Source of the DNA: an uncultured Bacteroides sp. | Lineage (GTDB): Bacteria; Bacteroidota; Bacteroidia; Bacteroidales; Muribaculaceae | Reading direction: 5' to 3' | DNA: 64,000 nucleotides | Assembly: GCA_964554335.1 (NCBI GenBank) | Contig: CAZKOF010000003.1 | Coordinates: 15,271 to 79,270 of the forward strand | Part shown: piece after piece, positions 53,833-63,545 of the stretch | Layout of the letters: each line of letters begins with the position of its first letter | Numbering within the stretch: the stretch's first letter is position 1 | Made by a program: the position numbers and the translations under genes | The notes under the pieces: model-generated | The model's input: the letters and a program-made list of their open reading frames with translations, nothing else | What the model was told of the DNA's origin: nothing | Database searches by the model: none

Positions 53833-55077
53833 ATGCAACGCAGCGACTTTGAAATTATGGCGCCCGTAGGCTCATGGGAGTCTTTGCGTGCGGCAATCCA
53901 CGCCGGTGCCGATGCGGTTTATTTCGGTATCCAGGGCCTCAACATGCGCTCGCGTGCGGCCGTCAACTTCACCATCGACGATCTTGCCCTGATAGCGGCT
54001 GAATGCTCCGCCGCGGGTGTCAAGACGTATCTGACTGTCAACACAATACTCTACGACGGCGACCTGCCTACCATGCGCGGCATCGTCGACGCCGCCAAGT
54101 GTGCCGGCATATCAGCCATAATCGCATCTGACATTGCCGCAATCCTATATGCCCGCAGCCAAGAGGTTGAAGTGCATATATCCACCCAGGCCAACATATC
54201 CAACACCGAAGCTGCCCGCTTCTACTCCCAATGGGCCGACACCATCGTGCTCGCCAGGGAGCTGAGCCTCGACCGGGTCCGCAACATCTATGACGCCATC
54301 CAGTCAGACCCGATTTGCGGCCCGAAAGGAGAACCGGTGAAAATAGAGATGTTCTGTCATGGCGCGCTCTGCATGGCCGTGTCCGGGAAATGCTACCTCA
54401 GTCTTCACGAACGCAACACCTCGGCCAACCGCGGAGCATGCGCCCAGATATGTCGCCGAGGCTACACCGTCACCGACAACGAGACCGGTGCGCAGCTTGA
54501 AATCGATGACCAATATATAATGTCGCCCAAAGACCTCAAGACCATTCACTTTCTTGACCGCATGGTCGAGGCCGGAGTCAGAGTGCTGAAAATTGAGGGG
54601 CGTGCCCGCGGCCCCGAATACGTATCTGAGGCTGTCGGCTGCTACAACGAAGCGATTCTCGCGACTTGCGACGGCACCTTCAACGCCGAGAAAGTCGCAG
54701 GCTGGAACGAACGCCTGAGCCGCATTTTTAACCGCGGATTTTGGGACGGTTATTATCTCGGCCAGCGCCTCGGCGAGTGGAGCGGACGCTATGGCTCCTC
54801 GGCCACCCGCACCAAGCGCTATGCCGCAAAATGCACGAAGTATTTCTCCAGGCTCGGAGTCGGTGAGTTCCTTCTCGAGGCCAGCGAAGTAAGTGTTGGT
54901 GACGAAGTGGTTATAATCGGACCCACAACCGGCGCGCTTATGGTGAAAGTCGAAGAGATTCATCTTGACAACGGCCCCGTCACCACTGCACGCAAAGGCG
55001 ATGTTTTTGCCATAAAAGTACCTGAAAAAGTCAGATTAAGCGATCGGCTCTACGTATGGGAGATAACCGAAAAATGA
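53833..55077 (+). CDS. U32 family protein, short form with U32_C beta-barrel (TrhP/YegQ-like)
   Basis: U32 core with CMAVSGKC-x15-CAQIC and KIEGR. C-terminus VGDEVVIIGPTTG...ARKGDVFAIKV. Confidence 0.85.
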   Translation: MQRSDFEIMAPVGSWESLRAAIHAGADAVYFGIQGLNMRSRAAVNFTIDDLALIAAECSAAGVKTYLTVNTILYDGDLPTMRGIVDAAKCAGISAIIASDIAAILYARSQEVEVHISTQANISNTEAARFYSQWADTIVLARELSLDRVRNIYDAIQSDPICGPKGEPVKIEMFCHGALCMAVSGKCYLSLHERNTSANRGACAQICRRGYTVTDNETGAQLEIDDQYIMSPKDLKTIHFLDRMVEAGVRVLKIEGRARGPEYVSEAVGCYNEAILATCDGTFNAEKVAGWNERLSRIFNRGFWDGYYLGQRLGEWSGRYGSSATRTKRYAAKCTKYFSRLGVGEFLLEASEVSVGDEVVIIGPTTGALMVKVEEIHLDNGPVTTARKGDVFAIKVPEKVRLSDRLYVWEITEK

Positions 55078-55718
55078 ACTATTGTCCCGACGCTATTTTG
55101 TTTGATCTCGATGGCGTCTTGATCGATAGCGAGAACCTCTACACCGCCTTTTGGGAGAAGACGGAGAAGCTATATCCTACAGGCATCGAGGACTTTGCCC
55201 GCTCAATAAAGGGCACCAACCTCGATAGCATCATGAAACTCTTTCGCCCAGAAGATCGCGAAGATATCATGAAACGAATTCTTGATTTCGATAGCCATTT
55301 GGTCTACCCGATGTTTCCCGACACGGTTGAATTTCTCGAAGACCTTGCTGCCGAAGGCATACCGGCAGTATTGGTGACATCATCGAACCCCGAGAAAATG
55401 GAGCAGCTTTTCCGCCAGTATCCTGACTTTGGACGCCACTTCGCGACCATAGTCAACGGCTCGATGGTCAGCAGGGGAAAACCTGACCCCGAGGGATATA
55501 TTCTCGCGGCACGCAGGCTTGGCAAAGAACCGGGACGCTGCGTTGTGGTCGAAGATTCTCTCCAGGGAATCCGTGCCGGACGCTCCGCCGGATGCGAGGT
55601 CTGGGGATTATACACAACATTGCCCCGGGAGACTATTCTCACCGAGGCAACGTATGTTTTTGCGGATATTTCTGAGGTCAGGACGCTCAGAAGGCGTATT
55701 TCGCGCCAACCTGAATGA
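55074..55718 (+). CDS. HAD-IA family hydrolase (beta-phosphoglucomutase-like)
   Basis: ILFDLDGVLIDSE (DxD), VTSS, GKPDPEGY, VEDSLQGIRAGRSAG. ATGA overlap with the U32 gene. Confidence 0.85.
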   Translation: MNYCPDAILFDLDGVLIDSENLYTAFWEKTEKLYPTGIEDFARSIKGTNLDSIMKLFRPEDREDIMKRILDFDSHLVYPMFPDTVEFLEDLAAEGIPAVLVTSSNPEKMEQLFRQYPDFGRHFATIVNGSMVSRGKPDPEGYILAARRLGKEPGRCVVVEDSLQGIRAGRSAGCEVWGLYTTLPRETILTEATYVFADISEVRTLRRRISRQPE

Positions 55719-56244
55719 GGCCCTGGGCTCCGAAACCGAGTTCTCCGAAAATCGCAGCACCCGGAAGAAATTCAACTTCCGCGCCAATCGGGTTGATTTG
55801 GAAGGCAAAGTAACCCTTGTTATAGGAACTTTTGCCTTTAGGCATCATGTGACTGATAACGGCGCCGACGCCTGCATGACCATATAGCTTCACTATGCTG
55901 TTTTTGTAATAGTCAGCTTTGCAGTTCAGCATCAGGGTGTGATAGCCCACTTTGCTTTTGAGCGAATAAACGCCGAGTTCAGGGAAATCATCAATTACAT
56001 AGTCGGCTGCAGGAGTAAACGCACTCGAATAAGAGTAGCTGGGGCCGATCTTAATACCCTTGGCGACAGGGATGTAAAGACTGATGTTGACCGAGCCCCA
56101 GGCCGTATTGACGTCACTGAAGCCTTTATGACAGTTCATTGCATCCATCTGAGTGTAGGCGCCATAGCTGATGGCAACTTCCTGTGCGCCGGCGGCTATC
56201 GAAGCCGTTACGAGCACCATTAGAGCTAAAAGGATTTTTTTCAT
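55687..56244 (-). CDS. Small outer-membrane beta-barrel protein (OmpW/porin-like)
   Basis: Signal peptide MKKILLALMVLVTASIAAGA, alternating beta-strand pattern, and a C-terminal ...VGAKYAF ending in Phe (OMP beta-signal). Confidence 0.65.
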   Translation of the reverse strand: MKKILLALMVLVTASIAAGAQEVAISYGAYTQMDAMNCHKGFSDVNTAWGSVNISLYIPVAKGIKIGPSYSYSSAFTPAADYVIDDFPELGVYSLKSKVGYHTLMLNCKADYYKNSIVKLYGHAGVGAVISHMMPKGKSSYNKGYFAFQINPIGAEVEFLPGAAIFGELGFGAQGLIQVGAKYAF

Positions 56245-56339
56245 AGTATAAACAACTAAAATGTATAAATTTTATGCCATATTAACACCCAATAACGTAA
56301 AAATGTTGCAAAATACTTGCACCGATATAACTTTTTTTG

Positions 56340-56347
56340 TACCTTTG
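56340..56347 (+). promoter_or_regulatory. -7 promoter box TACCTTTG for the sigma factor / ruvC operon
   Basis: Exact TAnnTTTG, 104 nt upstream of the ATG at 56452. Confidence 0.45.
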
Positions 56348-56451
56348 CACATATATAACTCTGAAACATTCATATTATAATAACCATTTAACACCGCACA
56401 TTGCCTATCGCCAACTGCTACTCTAATTAACAAATAAGAGACATAGACGCA

Positions 56452-57048
56452 ATGCAGCAAACAATGACTAAGCTCACCGACAAAGAGTTGGTGCAGGCTT
56501 ATGCTAACGGTGACAACATGGCTTTCGACGCACTTCTCAACCGATATGAGAAGCCTGTGTTTAACTATATCCTCCACACCGTAAAAGACGAAGACCTTGC
56601 AAACGACATCTTTCAAGAAACGTTTGTCAAGGCAATAACAGTCATACGCCAGGGCCGTTATGAAGACAACGGCAAGTTCGGCGCATGGCTCAACCGCGTG
56701 GCCCACAACCTCGTGATTGACCATTATCGCCGATCCAAGGCCGAGAATACTGTCAGCAACGACGCTGACGAAGACCGCGACCTGCTCAATGACCGCAATC
56801 TTTGCGAGGAGTCGATCGAGGACGCCCTCGTGCAGACCCAGCTGACCCGCGACCTGCGCCGCCTCGTGCGCGAGCTCCCCAAGGCTCAGCGCCAGGTGCT
56901 TATGATGCGTATCTACCGCGACATGTCGTTCAAGGAGATAGCCGACAAGACCGGCGTAAGCATAAACACCGCTCTCGGCCGCATGCGCTACGCCCTTCGC
57001 AACATGCGCCGTCTGGCCGAAGAGAGCCGCCTGCTTGAAACTGCATGA
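56452..57048 (+). CDS. ECF-type RNA polymerase sigma-70 family factor
   Basis: Region 2 DIFQETFVKA...AWLNRVAHNLVIDHYRR. Region 4 MSFKEIADKTGVSINTALGRMRYALRNMR. Confidence 0.85.
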   Translation: MQQTMTKLTDKELVQAYANGDNMAFDALLNRYEKPVFNYILHTVKDEDLANDIFQETFVKAITVIRQGRYEDNGKFGAWLNRVAHNLVIDHYRRSKAENTVSNDADEDRDLLNDRNLCEESIEDALVQTQLTRDLRRLVRELPKAQRQVLMMRIYRDMSFKEIADKTGVSINTALGRMRYALRNMRRLAEESRLLETA

Positions 57049-57353
57049 AGACACTTCTGAACACCAGCTTCTTCTGCTCTCCCGCCTCAGAGAAAACCGT
57101 AATGGTGACCCTGACTGAACGTTGGATTCCTGCATGTCAAGCCGCCGGCAACGGCTCTCCGATGTTCCTGCGTATGCCGGCTGAGGAGAGCGTGGTGCGC
57201 CTGGCGGTACAGACACCATTTGCCAACGCCGCGTCGGCCGAGACATTCCGCCTGGAAGTTCTCGAGCCCATGGGTGCCGAGCTTCTTAAGAAGCTCGGCG
57301 CAAACAACTACACCCATTTCTCTACCCTGATGGAGATTATTCCAAACGCCTGA
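57045..57353 (+). CDS. Small conserved protein, DUF4286-like
   Basis: ATGA overlap with the sigma gene. 102 aa. The pattern ...WIPA....G...FLRM......RLAVQ...F.TLMEII resembles DUF4286, but the match is weak and by eye only. Confidence 0.4.
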   Translation: MKTLLNTSFFCSPASEKTVMVTLTERWIPACQAAGNGSPMFLRMPAEESVVRLAVQTPFANAASAETFRLEVLEPMGAELLKKLGANNYTHFSTLMEIIPNA

Positions 57354-57368
57354 TAACAGACATTCATT

Positions 57369-57923
57369 TTGGACAGAATCATTATCGGCATCGACCCCGG
57401 CACGAACGTCATGGGCTACGGCATCATCGGCATAAAGGCCGGGCAGCCGCAATGTGTGGCTCTCGGAGTCATAAAACTGAGCCGATTCGAGAGCCATTAT
57501 CTGCGGTTGAAACGTATCTACGACCGCGTGCAGGGACTCGTGGAACAATATCTCCCGGACGAGATGGCAATAGAGGCCCCGTTTTTTGGCAAAAATGTGC
57601 AGTCCATGCTCAAACTCGGCCGGGCTCAGGGTGTGGCCATGGCTGCAGCTCTGAGCCGCGACGTGCCGATCACCGAATATGAGCCGCGCAAAATCAAGAT
57701 GGCCATTACCGGCAACGGTGCGGCCTCAAAAGAGCAAGTGCAGGAGATGCTGCGGCGCATTCTCAACATTCCCCGCGAGCGACTCGACGGCGAGGCTCTC
57801 GATGCAACCGATGCGCTCGGGGCGGCGTTGTGTCATTTCTACGAGTCTTCGCGCCCGAACCTGTCTGCAGGTCCGAAATCGTGGAAGGAATTCATTGCAA
57901 AGAATCCCGACCGCGTAAAGTAG
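57369..57923 (+). CDS. ruvC: Crossover junction endodeoxyribonuclease RuvC
   Basis: [43 protein letters not shown] start at 57369. Confidence 0.9.
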   Translation: MDRIIIGIDPGTNVMGYGIIGIKAGQPQCVALGVIKLSRFESHYLRLKRIYDRVQGLVEQYLPDEMAIEAPFFGKNVQSMLKLGRAQGVAMAAALSRDVPITEYEPRKIKMAITGNGAASKEQVQEMLRRILNIPRERLDGEALDATDALGAALCHFYESSRPNLSAGPKSWKEFIAKNPDRVK

Positions 57924-58079
57924 GCTGAGTTCCAGGCCGCGACATCGGCAAGGCTTTCGAACCGTTTATCTTCATGAAATCCGCTAAATCAAGCTGCGTT
58001 CCGCACAGGCATCACCGGCATCAAATCCAAATGGGCAGAATTTAGCTAACATTAACGCCGGGGAGTTATAAAAATTTCG

Positions 58080-58087
58080 TAACTTTG
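58080..58087 (+). promoter_or_regulatory. -7 promoter box TAACTTTG for gpmI
   Basis: Exact TAnnTTTG within TTCGTAACTTTGC, 47 nt upstream of the ATG at 58135. Confidence 0.55.
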
Positions 58088-58134
58088 CAGTTGGAAAAAA
58101 TTTAACTCATAAACGATATTCAACAATAAGAATT

Positions 58135-59646
58135 ATGGCAAGCAAAGCACTCCTCGTTATTCTCGATGGATGGGGCCTCGGCAACCATTCCAAAGGCGAC
58201 GTAATCTATCAGACCCCCACCCCCTACTGGGATTCCCTTCTGAAAACATATCCTCACTCCGAGCTGCAGGCTTCGGGCGAAAATGTCGGCCTTCCCGACG
58301 GACAGATGGGCAACTCCGAAGTCGGCCACCTCAATATCGGCGCAGGTCGCGTGGTGTATCAGGACCTGGTGAAAATCAACAAGGCCATCGCCAACAAATC
58401 GATTCTCAACAATCCCGAGATAAAACGCGCTTTTGAAACCGCCAAAACTACCGGCTGCGGTCTCCACCTCATGGGTCTGACCAGCGACGGCGGCGTGCAC
58501 TCAAGTCTCGACCACCTCTTCGCTCTTCTTGACATTGCCAAGCACTACGGTCTGGAGAAAGTCTATGTACACTGCTTCATGGACGGCCGCGACACCGATC
58601 CCCGCTCCGGCAAGGGCTTCATCGAGCAACTGCAGGAGCACATGGCCAAATCGACCGGCGTCATTGCCGACATAATCGGCCGCTACTATGCCATGGACCG
58701 AGACAAGCGCTGGGAGCGCGTCAAGGAGGCATATGACCTCCTCGTCGAAGGCAAGGGCGAACAGGCAACCGATATGGTGGCAGCCACGCAACAGAGCTAC
58801 GACAACGACGTCACCGACGAATTCATCAAACCCATTCATAACTCCACGGTCGACGGCACGATTAAGGAAAACGACGTCGTTATCTTCTTCAACTACCGCA
58901 ACGACCGTGCCAAGGAACTCACCGTTGTGCTCACCCAGCACGACATGCCCGAACAGGGAATGCACACGATTCCCGGCCTGCAATACTATTGCATGACTCC
59001 CTACGACGCATCGTTTACCGGCGTGCATATTCTTTTCGATAAAGAGAACGTTGACAACACCCTCGGCGAATACATCTCCAACCGTGGTCTGCACCAGCTC
59101 CATATTGCGGAAACCGAGAAGTATGCCCACGTGACCTTCTTCTTCAACGGCGGCCGCGAGCAGCCCTACGAGAATGAAGACCGCATCCTCGTGCCCTCGC
59201 CGAAAGTTGCGACCTACGACCTGAAGCCCGAAATGAGCGCATATGAGGTATGCGACAAACTGACCGATGCAATCCGCTCCGAAAAATATGACTTCATCGT
59301 CGTGAACTACGCCAACGGCGACATGGTCGGTCACACAGGCGTATATGAGGCCATCGAAAAAGCTGTTGTTGCAGTTGACGAATGCTTGATGGCAACCATC
59401 GAAGCCGCCAAGGAGGCCGGCTATGAAGCTATAATCATTGCTGACCATGGCAACGCCGACAACGCCATCAATGCCGACGGCACACCCAACACGGCCCACT
59501 CGCTCAACCCCGTGCCCTGCATTTACGTCACCACAAACACTGACGCCCGCGTTGAGAACGGACGCCTCGCCGACGTGGCCCCGACTATCCTCAAAATCAT
59601 GGGTCTTCAGCAGCCTCAGGAGATGACAGGCAAGGCCCTGATTTGA
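58135..59646 (+). CDS. gpmI: 2,3-bisphosphoglycerate-independent phosphoglycerate mutase
   Basis: [50 protein letters not shown]. Confidence 0.95.
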   Translation: MASKALLVILDGWGLGNHSKGDVIYQTPTPYWDSLLKTYPHSELQASGENVGLPDGQMGNSEVGHLNIGAGRVVYQDLVKINKAIANKSILNNPEIKRAFETAKTTGCGLHLMGLTSDGGVHSSLDHLFALLDIAKHYGLEKVYVHCFMDGRDTDPRSGKGFIEQLQEHMAKSTGVIADIIGRYYAMDRDKRWERVKEAYDLLVEGKGEQATDMVAATQQSYDNDVTDEFIKPIHNSTVDGTIKENDVVIFFNYRNDRAKELTVVLTQHDMPEQGMHTIPGLQYYCMTPYDASFTGVHILFDKENVDNTLGEYISNRGLHQLHIAETEKYAHVTFFFNGGREQPYENEDRILVPSPKVATYDLKPEMSAYEVCDKLTDAIRSEKYDFIVVNYANGDMVGHTGVYEAIEKAVVAVDECLMATIEAAKEAGYEAIIIADHGNADNAINADGTPNTAHSLNPVPCIYVTTNTDARVENGRLADVAPTILKIMGLQQPQEMTGKALI

Positions 59647-59647
59647 T

Positions 59648-60274
59648 ATGGACCGCAAAGGCAAACTTTATTTCCGCTATGGGACAATGGGGTCGGCCAA
59701 AACGGCCCTGTTGCTCACCACGGCATATAACTTCGAGGAGAGAGGCATGCGCTACGTGTGCCTCAAACCGATTATTGACACACGCGAGGAGCGCAACGTG
59801 ATCCACTCCCGCATCGGAATCGAGCGCGAATGCGAGTGGATTATGACTGACACCGATCTCTATCAACTCGCACAGCAACTTTGCGAACGTGCCGGTTGTC
59901 TGATTGAGTGGTTCCTCATCGACGAGGTGCAGTTCCTGACCGCCGCCCAGGTCGACCAGCTCGCAAGACTGGTCGACGACTACGGTGTCAACGTTATCTG
60001 CTACGGACTGCGCACCGATTTCCGCACCCACCTCTTCGAAGGATCGCGCAGGCTCTTTGAGATTGCCGACACAATCGACGAAATCAAGAGCACCTGCACC
60101 TGCGGCCGTAAAACCATTGTCAACGCGCGCATTGACGCCAACGGCGACATGGTCGAGGAGGGCGCGCAGGTTGAAATCGGCGGCGATGACCGATACATTG
60201 CCGTGTGTCGTAATTGCTGGCGCAACAAACGCATAGAGCAAGCGCGCCGTAACGCCCTGCCTTTCGACATATGA
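59648..60274 (+). CDS. tdk: Thymidine kinase
   Basis: YGTMGSAKTALLL P-loop, IDEVQFL, and zinc-site cysteines CTCG...CRNC. Confidence 0.9.
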   Translation: MDRKGKLYFRYGTMGSAKTALLLTTAYNFEERGMRYVCLKPIIDTREERNVIHSRIGIERECEWIMTDTDLYQLAQQLCERAGCLIEWFLIDEVQFLTAAQVDQLARLVDDYGVNVICYGLRTDFRTHLFEGSRRLFEIADTIDEIKSTCTCGRKTIVNARIDANGDMVEEGAQVEIGGDDRYIAVCRNCWRNKRIEQARRNALPFDI

Positions 60275-61041
60275 AGCGACTGATTATCCTTTTGACGCTT
60301 GCGGCATGTGCCCTTGCCGCCTTTTGCGGAATTCCCGAATATAGCGGCGAGGACCTGTCGTATCGCGTCACTTACAAGTGGGGCTTCATCCAGAAACAAG
60401 CAGGCTCGGCATCGTTCAGGCTGACCAAACATCCCGAATATTACTCGGCAGTGCTGACCGCCCGGACCCAACCGTGGGCCGACAAGATTTTTCAGGTCCG
60501 TGACACCTTGTCGGGCAACATGCGGCCTGGCGACATGGCCCCTACCCTCTACGTTAAGTCCACTCACGAGGGCGGAGAGTATCGCCATGACGTCATAAAG
60601 TACACCTACACCGGCGACCTGATGACGGCAACATGCCGCCGCTTCAAAATCAACAAGAAAGGAGAGCAATCGATAACCGACACGACACTCGTTGCCAAAC
60701 TACCCGGGACAGACATGCTCAGCGTCTACTATCTCGTCAGACGCCTGCCGTTCGACACTATGGAACCGGGCACGATTGTCCGGGCAAGCATCTTCTCGGG
60801 TAAGAAAATCGAGCAGCTGGCCGTGAAATATCTCGGCATCGAGACCATAAAACTTAACGACCGCAAATATCGTTGCTATAAAATCAATTTCACGTTCTCA
60901 TCGGAGCGCATGAAAAATTCCTCTGCTCCGATGTGGGCCTGGATTTCAACCGAAGGGCAGCGCGTCCCTGTAAAGCTCATTGGCGAGCTACCCGTCGGTA
61001 AGATTCAAGTGTTGTGGAATGACCCGAATGCAAAACATTAA
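60271..61041 (+). CDS. DUF3108-like secreted protein
   Basis: Signal peptide. EDLSYRVTYKWGFIQKQAGSASF and later beta-rich repeats resemble DUF3108. ATGA overlap with tdk. Confidence 0.5.
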   Translation: MKRLIILLTLAACALAAFCGIPEYSGEDLSYRVTYKWGFIQKQAGSASFRLTKHPEYYSAVLTARTQPWADKIFQVRDTLSGNMRPGDMAPTLYVKSTHEGGEYRHDVIKYTYTGDLMTATCRRFKINKKGEQSITDTTLVAKLPGTDMLSVYYLVRRLPFDTMEPGTIVRASIFSGKKIEQLAVKYLGIETIKLNDRKYRCYKINFTFSSERMKNSSAPMWAWISTEGQRVPVKLIGELPVGKIQVLWNDPNAKH

Positions 61042-61061
61042 ACCAACTCTCATCACAGTTC

Positions 61062-62270
61062 ATGAAAAAACTTCTGACCTCCGCTGCCGCAGTAGCAGTA
61101 GCTCTCGGATCTTTCGCACAGGAAAGCGCTGATTCCGCAAAAAACGAGCCTCAGGGATTTATCTTCACTGATGTCATCACAATTCCTTCGACTTCGGTCA
61201 AGGACCAGAACAAATCGGGAACATGCTGGAGCTTTGCCGGCACGGGATTCATTGAAGACTATGTCCGCAAAGTAAAAGGAGACTCTCTTGATCTGAGCGA
61301 GATGTACACCGTGCGCCAATGCTATCTCGACAAGGCCCGCCGCTTCGTTCGCCTGCAGGGCAACGGCAATTTCAGCCAGGGCGGCAGCATCATCGACGTA
61401 CCCTACGTCATGGGCATCTATGGCGCAATTCCCGAAGATGTATACAATGGCTTGAACTACGGCGAAGCCAAGCACGATCACGACGAGTTCTCACGCGCCC
61501 TCGAAGCATATATGGGCGCCATTACCAAAGGACGCAAAACCACAACCGCCTGGCTGCAGGGTTTGGAGGGCATTCTCGACGCATATCTCGGCAAGGTACC
61601 CGAAACTTTTGAATATCAGGGCAAGACATACACTCCGAAAAGCTATGCCGAGTCATTGGGCGTGAACTTCGACGACTTCATCGCTTTCACATCCTTTACC
61701 CACCATCCTTATTGGAAACCGTTCGCTCTCGAAGTATGCGACAACTGGCTTTGGGCTCAATATGAGAATGTGCCGCTCGACGTCATGAAGCAGATTATCG
61801 ACAACGCTCTTGAAAACGGCTATACCGTAAACTGGGCAGCCGACGTCAGCGAACAGGGTTTCAAATGGAAAGAAGGCTATGCAGTTCTGCCCGTAAAAAA
61901 GACCGAATCCGACCTAAACGGCACCGAACTCAGCCGCTGGGTTACCCTGAGCGACGCCGACCGAGAGAAAGAGGCATATAAATTCACCGGACCGTCAGAC
62001 CTGGTGGAGGTTAAAGTGACTCCCGAAGAGCGTCAGCGCATGTTTGAGAACCACGAGACTACCGACGACCACGGCATGGTTATCGTCGGAACCGCCACCG
62101 ACCAGAACGGAAACAAGTTCTATAAGGTCAAAAACTCATGGGACACCAATCATGTCTACAACGGATATCTCTATGTCTCAGAGCCATACCTGTTGGCAAA
62201 GACCATGAGTTTCATGGTTCACAAGAACGCCGTGCCTGAAAAGGTCAAAAAACAACTCAACCTGAAATGA
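61062..62270 (+). CDS. pepC: C1-family cysteine peptidase (aminopeptidase C / bleomycin hydrolase-like), secreted
   Basis: KDQNKSGTCWSFAG catalytic Cys, DDHGMVIVG catalytic His, NSWD. Signal peptide present. Confidence 0.75.
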   Translation: MKKLLTSAAAVAVALGSFAQESADSAKNEPQGFIFTDVITIPSTSVKDQNKSGTCWSFAGTGFIEDYVRKVKGDSLDLSEMYTVRQCYLDKARRFVRLQGNGNFSQGGSIIDVPYVMGIYGAIPEDVYNGLNYGEAKHDHDEFSRALEAYMGAITKGRKTTTAWLQGLEGILDAYLGKVPETFEYQGKTYTPKSYAESLGVNFDDFIAFTSFTHHPYWKPFALEVCDNWLWAQYENVPLDVMKQIIDNALENGYTVNWAADVSEQGFKWKEGYAVLPVKKTESDLNGTELSRWVTLSDADREKEAYKFTGPSDLVEVKVTPEERQRMFENHETTDDHGMVIVGTATDQNGNKFYKVKNSWDTNHVYNGYLYVSEPYLLAKTMSFMVHKNAVPEKVKKQLNLK

Positions 62271-62782
62271 GAAAACTCATTGCGCTCTCCTTACTGACGC
62301 TGCTGGCTGCGACTTCATGTCGCACCACGGAGGCCAATTACCGAGCAGCCTACGAGGCCACCAAAGCCTCGCAGGCTGCCACTCTCTCCGATGACGGCCT
62401 CGACGAGAATACCCGCCGCCTTCTCAACCTCAACAACAAGCAGCATCAATATATCCAGATTGTCGGCTCAGACACTCTGAATATCACCAACGTATTCGCC
62501 ACCCTCGAGGAGGGACCGATGACATCAGCTCCTGAGTTTGCGGTAGTCGCCAATGCTTTTTCACAAATATTCAACGCAAAGGCGCTGCTGAAGCGCCTTC
62601 AGGACGCCGGCTTCGCAGATGCGTATATCTTCAAAAGCGCAACTCCCGATTATTACGTCGCCGCCGGTGGCAGCGACAACGTTGCCGACATCCCGGCCAT
62701 ACGCGACGCCCTCGCAAAGGCCGGCAACCCCGGCTCGCGCAAGGGCTTCCCCTCCATTGTTCGCGTTCCCCGTTTAAAATAG
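62267..62782 (+). CDS. SPOR-like domain lipoprotein
   Basis: Lipobox LAATSC. C-terminus FAVVANAFSQIFNAKALLKRLQDAGFADAYIF is SPOR-like. ATGA overlap with the upstream gene. Confidence 0.5.
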   Translation: MRKLIALSLLTLLAATSCRTTEANYRAAYEATKASQAATLSDDGLDENTRRLLNLNNKQHQYIQIVGSDTLNITNVFATLEEGPMTSAPEFAVVANAFSQIFNAKALLKRLQDAGFADAYIFKSATPDYYVAAGGSDNVADIPAIRDALAKAGNPGSRKGFPSIVRVPRLK

Positions 62783-62792
62783 AATATCCAAT

Positions 62793-63545
62793 ATGACACT
62801 CTTCGAGAAATCCATGCGTGACCTCGGGCAATACTGCCTGCTGATGAGTCGAGTTCTGACAATACCCGACCGATGGCGTGAATTCTTCAAGCGCACGGTA
62901 AACGAAATCTACAAGCTCGGCATCGACTCGATTCCGCTGGTAATCATCATCTCGGTATTTATCGGCGCCGTAATCACCATTCAGATGCAGCTGAACGTAA
63001 CTTCCCCTCTGCTGCCTGCATATGCCGTCGGACTGACTACCCGCGAAATCATTCTGCTGGAGTTCTCCTCATCAATTCTCTGCCTCATTCTCGCCGGCAA
63101 GGTCGGCTCGAACATCGCATCTGAAATCGGTACGATGCGCGTTACCGAACAGATTGACGCGCTCGACATCATGGGCGTAAACTCTGCCAACTACCTGATC
63201 TTGCCGAAGATTGTCGGCTTTCTGCTGATTATTCCGGTACTCACAATTCTCTCGATGGGCACTTCGATTCTCGGCGGCCTCGGCATCGCCTATTTCACCG
63301 ACATGATTTCGGTCAGCAAGTTCACTTACGGCCTGCAGGCATTCTTCAACCCCTGGTACGTTTGGTACTCGCTGATCAAGAGCGTTGTTTTCAGCGTCAT
63401 AATAACCTCAACGGCCTCCTACTTCGGATATTATGTGAAGGGGGGCGCGCTTGAAGTCGGAAAAGCTTCCACCCAGGCCGTTGTCAACTCCTCGATTCTC
63501 ATTCTCTTTTTCGACGTGATGCTAACGAAACTCCTACTGCAATGA
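62793..63545 (+). CDS. mlaE: MlaE-family ABC transporter permease
   Basis: Five or six TM helices. TREIILLEFSS...VTEQIDALDIMGVN is the MlaE/Ttg2B signature region. Confidence 0.8.
   Translation: MTLFEKSMRDLGQYCLLMSRVLTIPDRWREFFKRTVNEIYKLGIDSIPLVIIISVFIGAVITIQMQLNVTSPLLPAYAVGLTTREIILLEFSSSILCLILAGKVGSNIASEIGTMRVTEQIDALDIMGVNSANYLILPKIVGFLLIIPVLTILSMGTSILGGLGIAYFTDMISVSKFTYGLQAFFNPWYVWYSLIKSVVFSVIITSTASYFGYYVKGGALEVGKASTQAVVNSSILILFFDVMLTKLLLQ

Noticed and set aside
56272-57246. 324-aa minus-strand ORF opposite the ECF sigma factor and the DUF4286-like gene
   Set aside because: It is a shadow ORF. The sense strand encodes a clear sigma-70 region 2/4 protein, and this ORF also runs through the AT-rich promoter spacer.
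57974-58045. 23-codon His/Arg-rich mini-ORF (MKSAKSSCVPHRHHRHQIQMGRI) as a possible leader peptide or attenuator
   Set aside because: It lies upstream of the gpmI -7 box, not in the leader. The downstream gene has no link to His or Arg biosynthesis. No terminator/antiterminator pair is visible. It is kept only as part of the low-interest spacer finding.
58501-59664. 387-aa minus-strand ORF opposite gpmI
   Set aside because: It is antisense to an unmistakable phosphoglycerate mutase and has the V/G/H/D-rich mirror composition of a shadow ORF.
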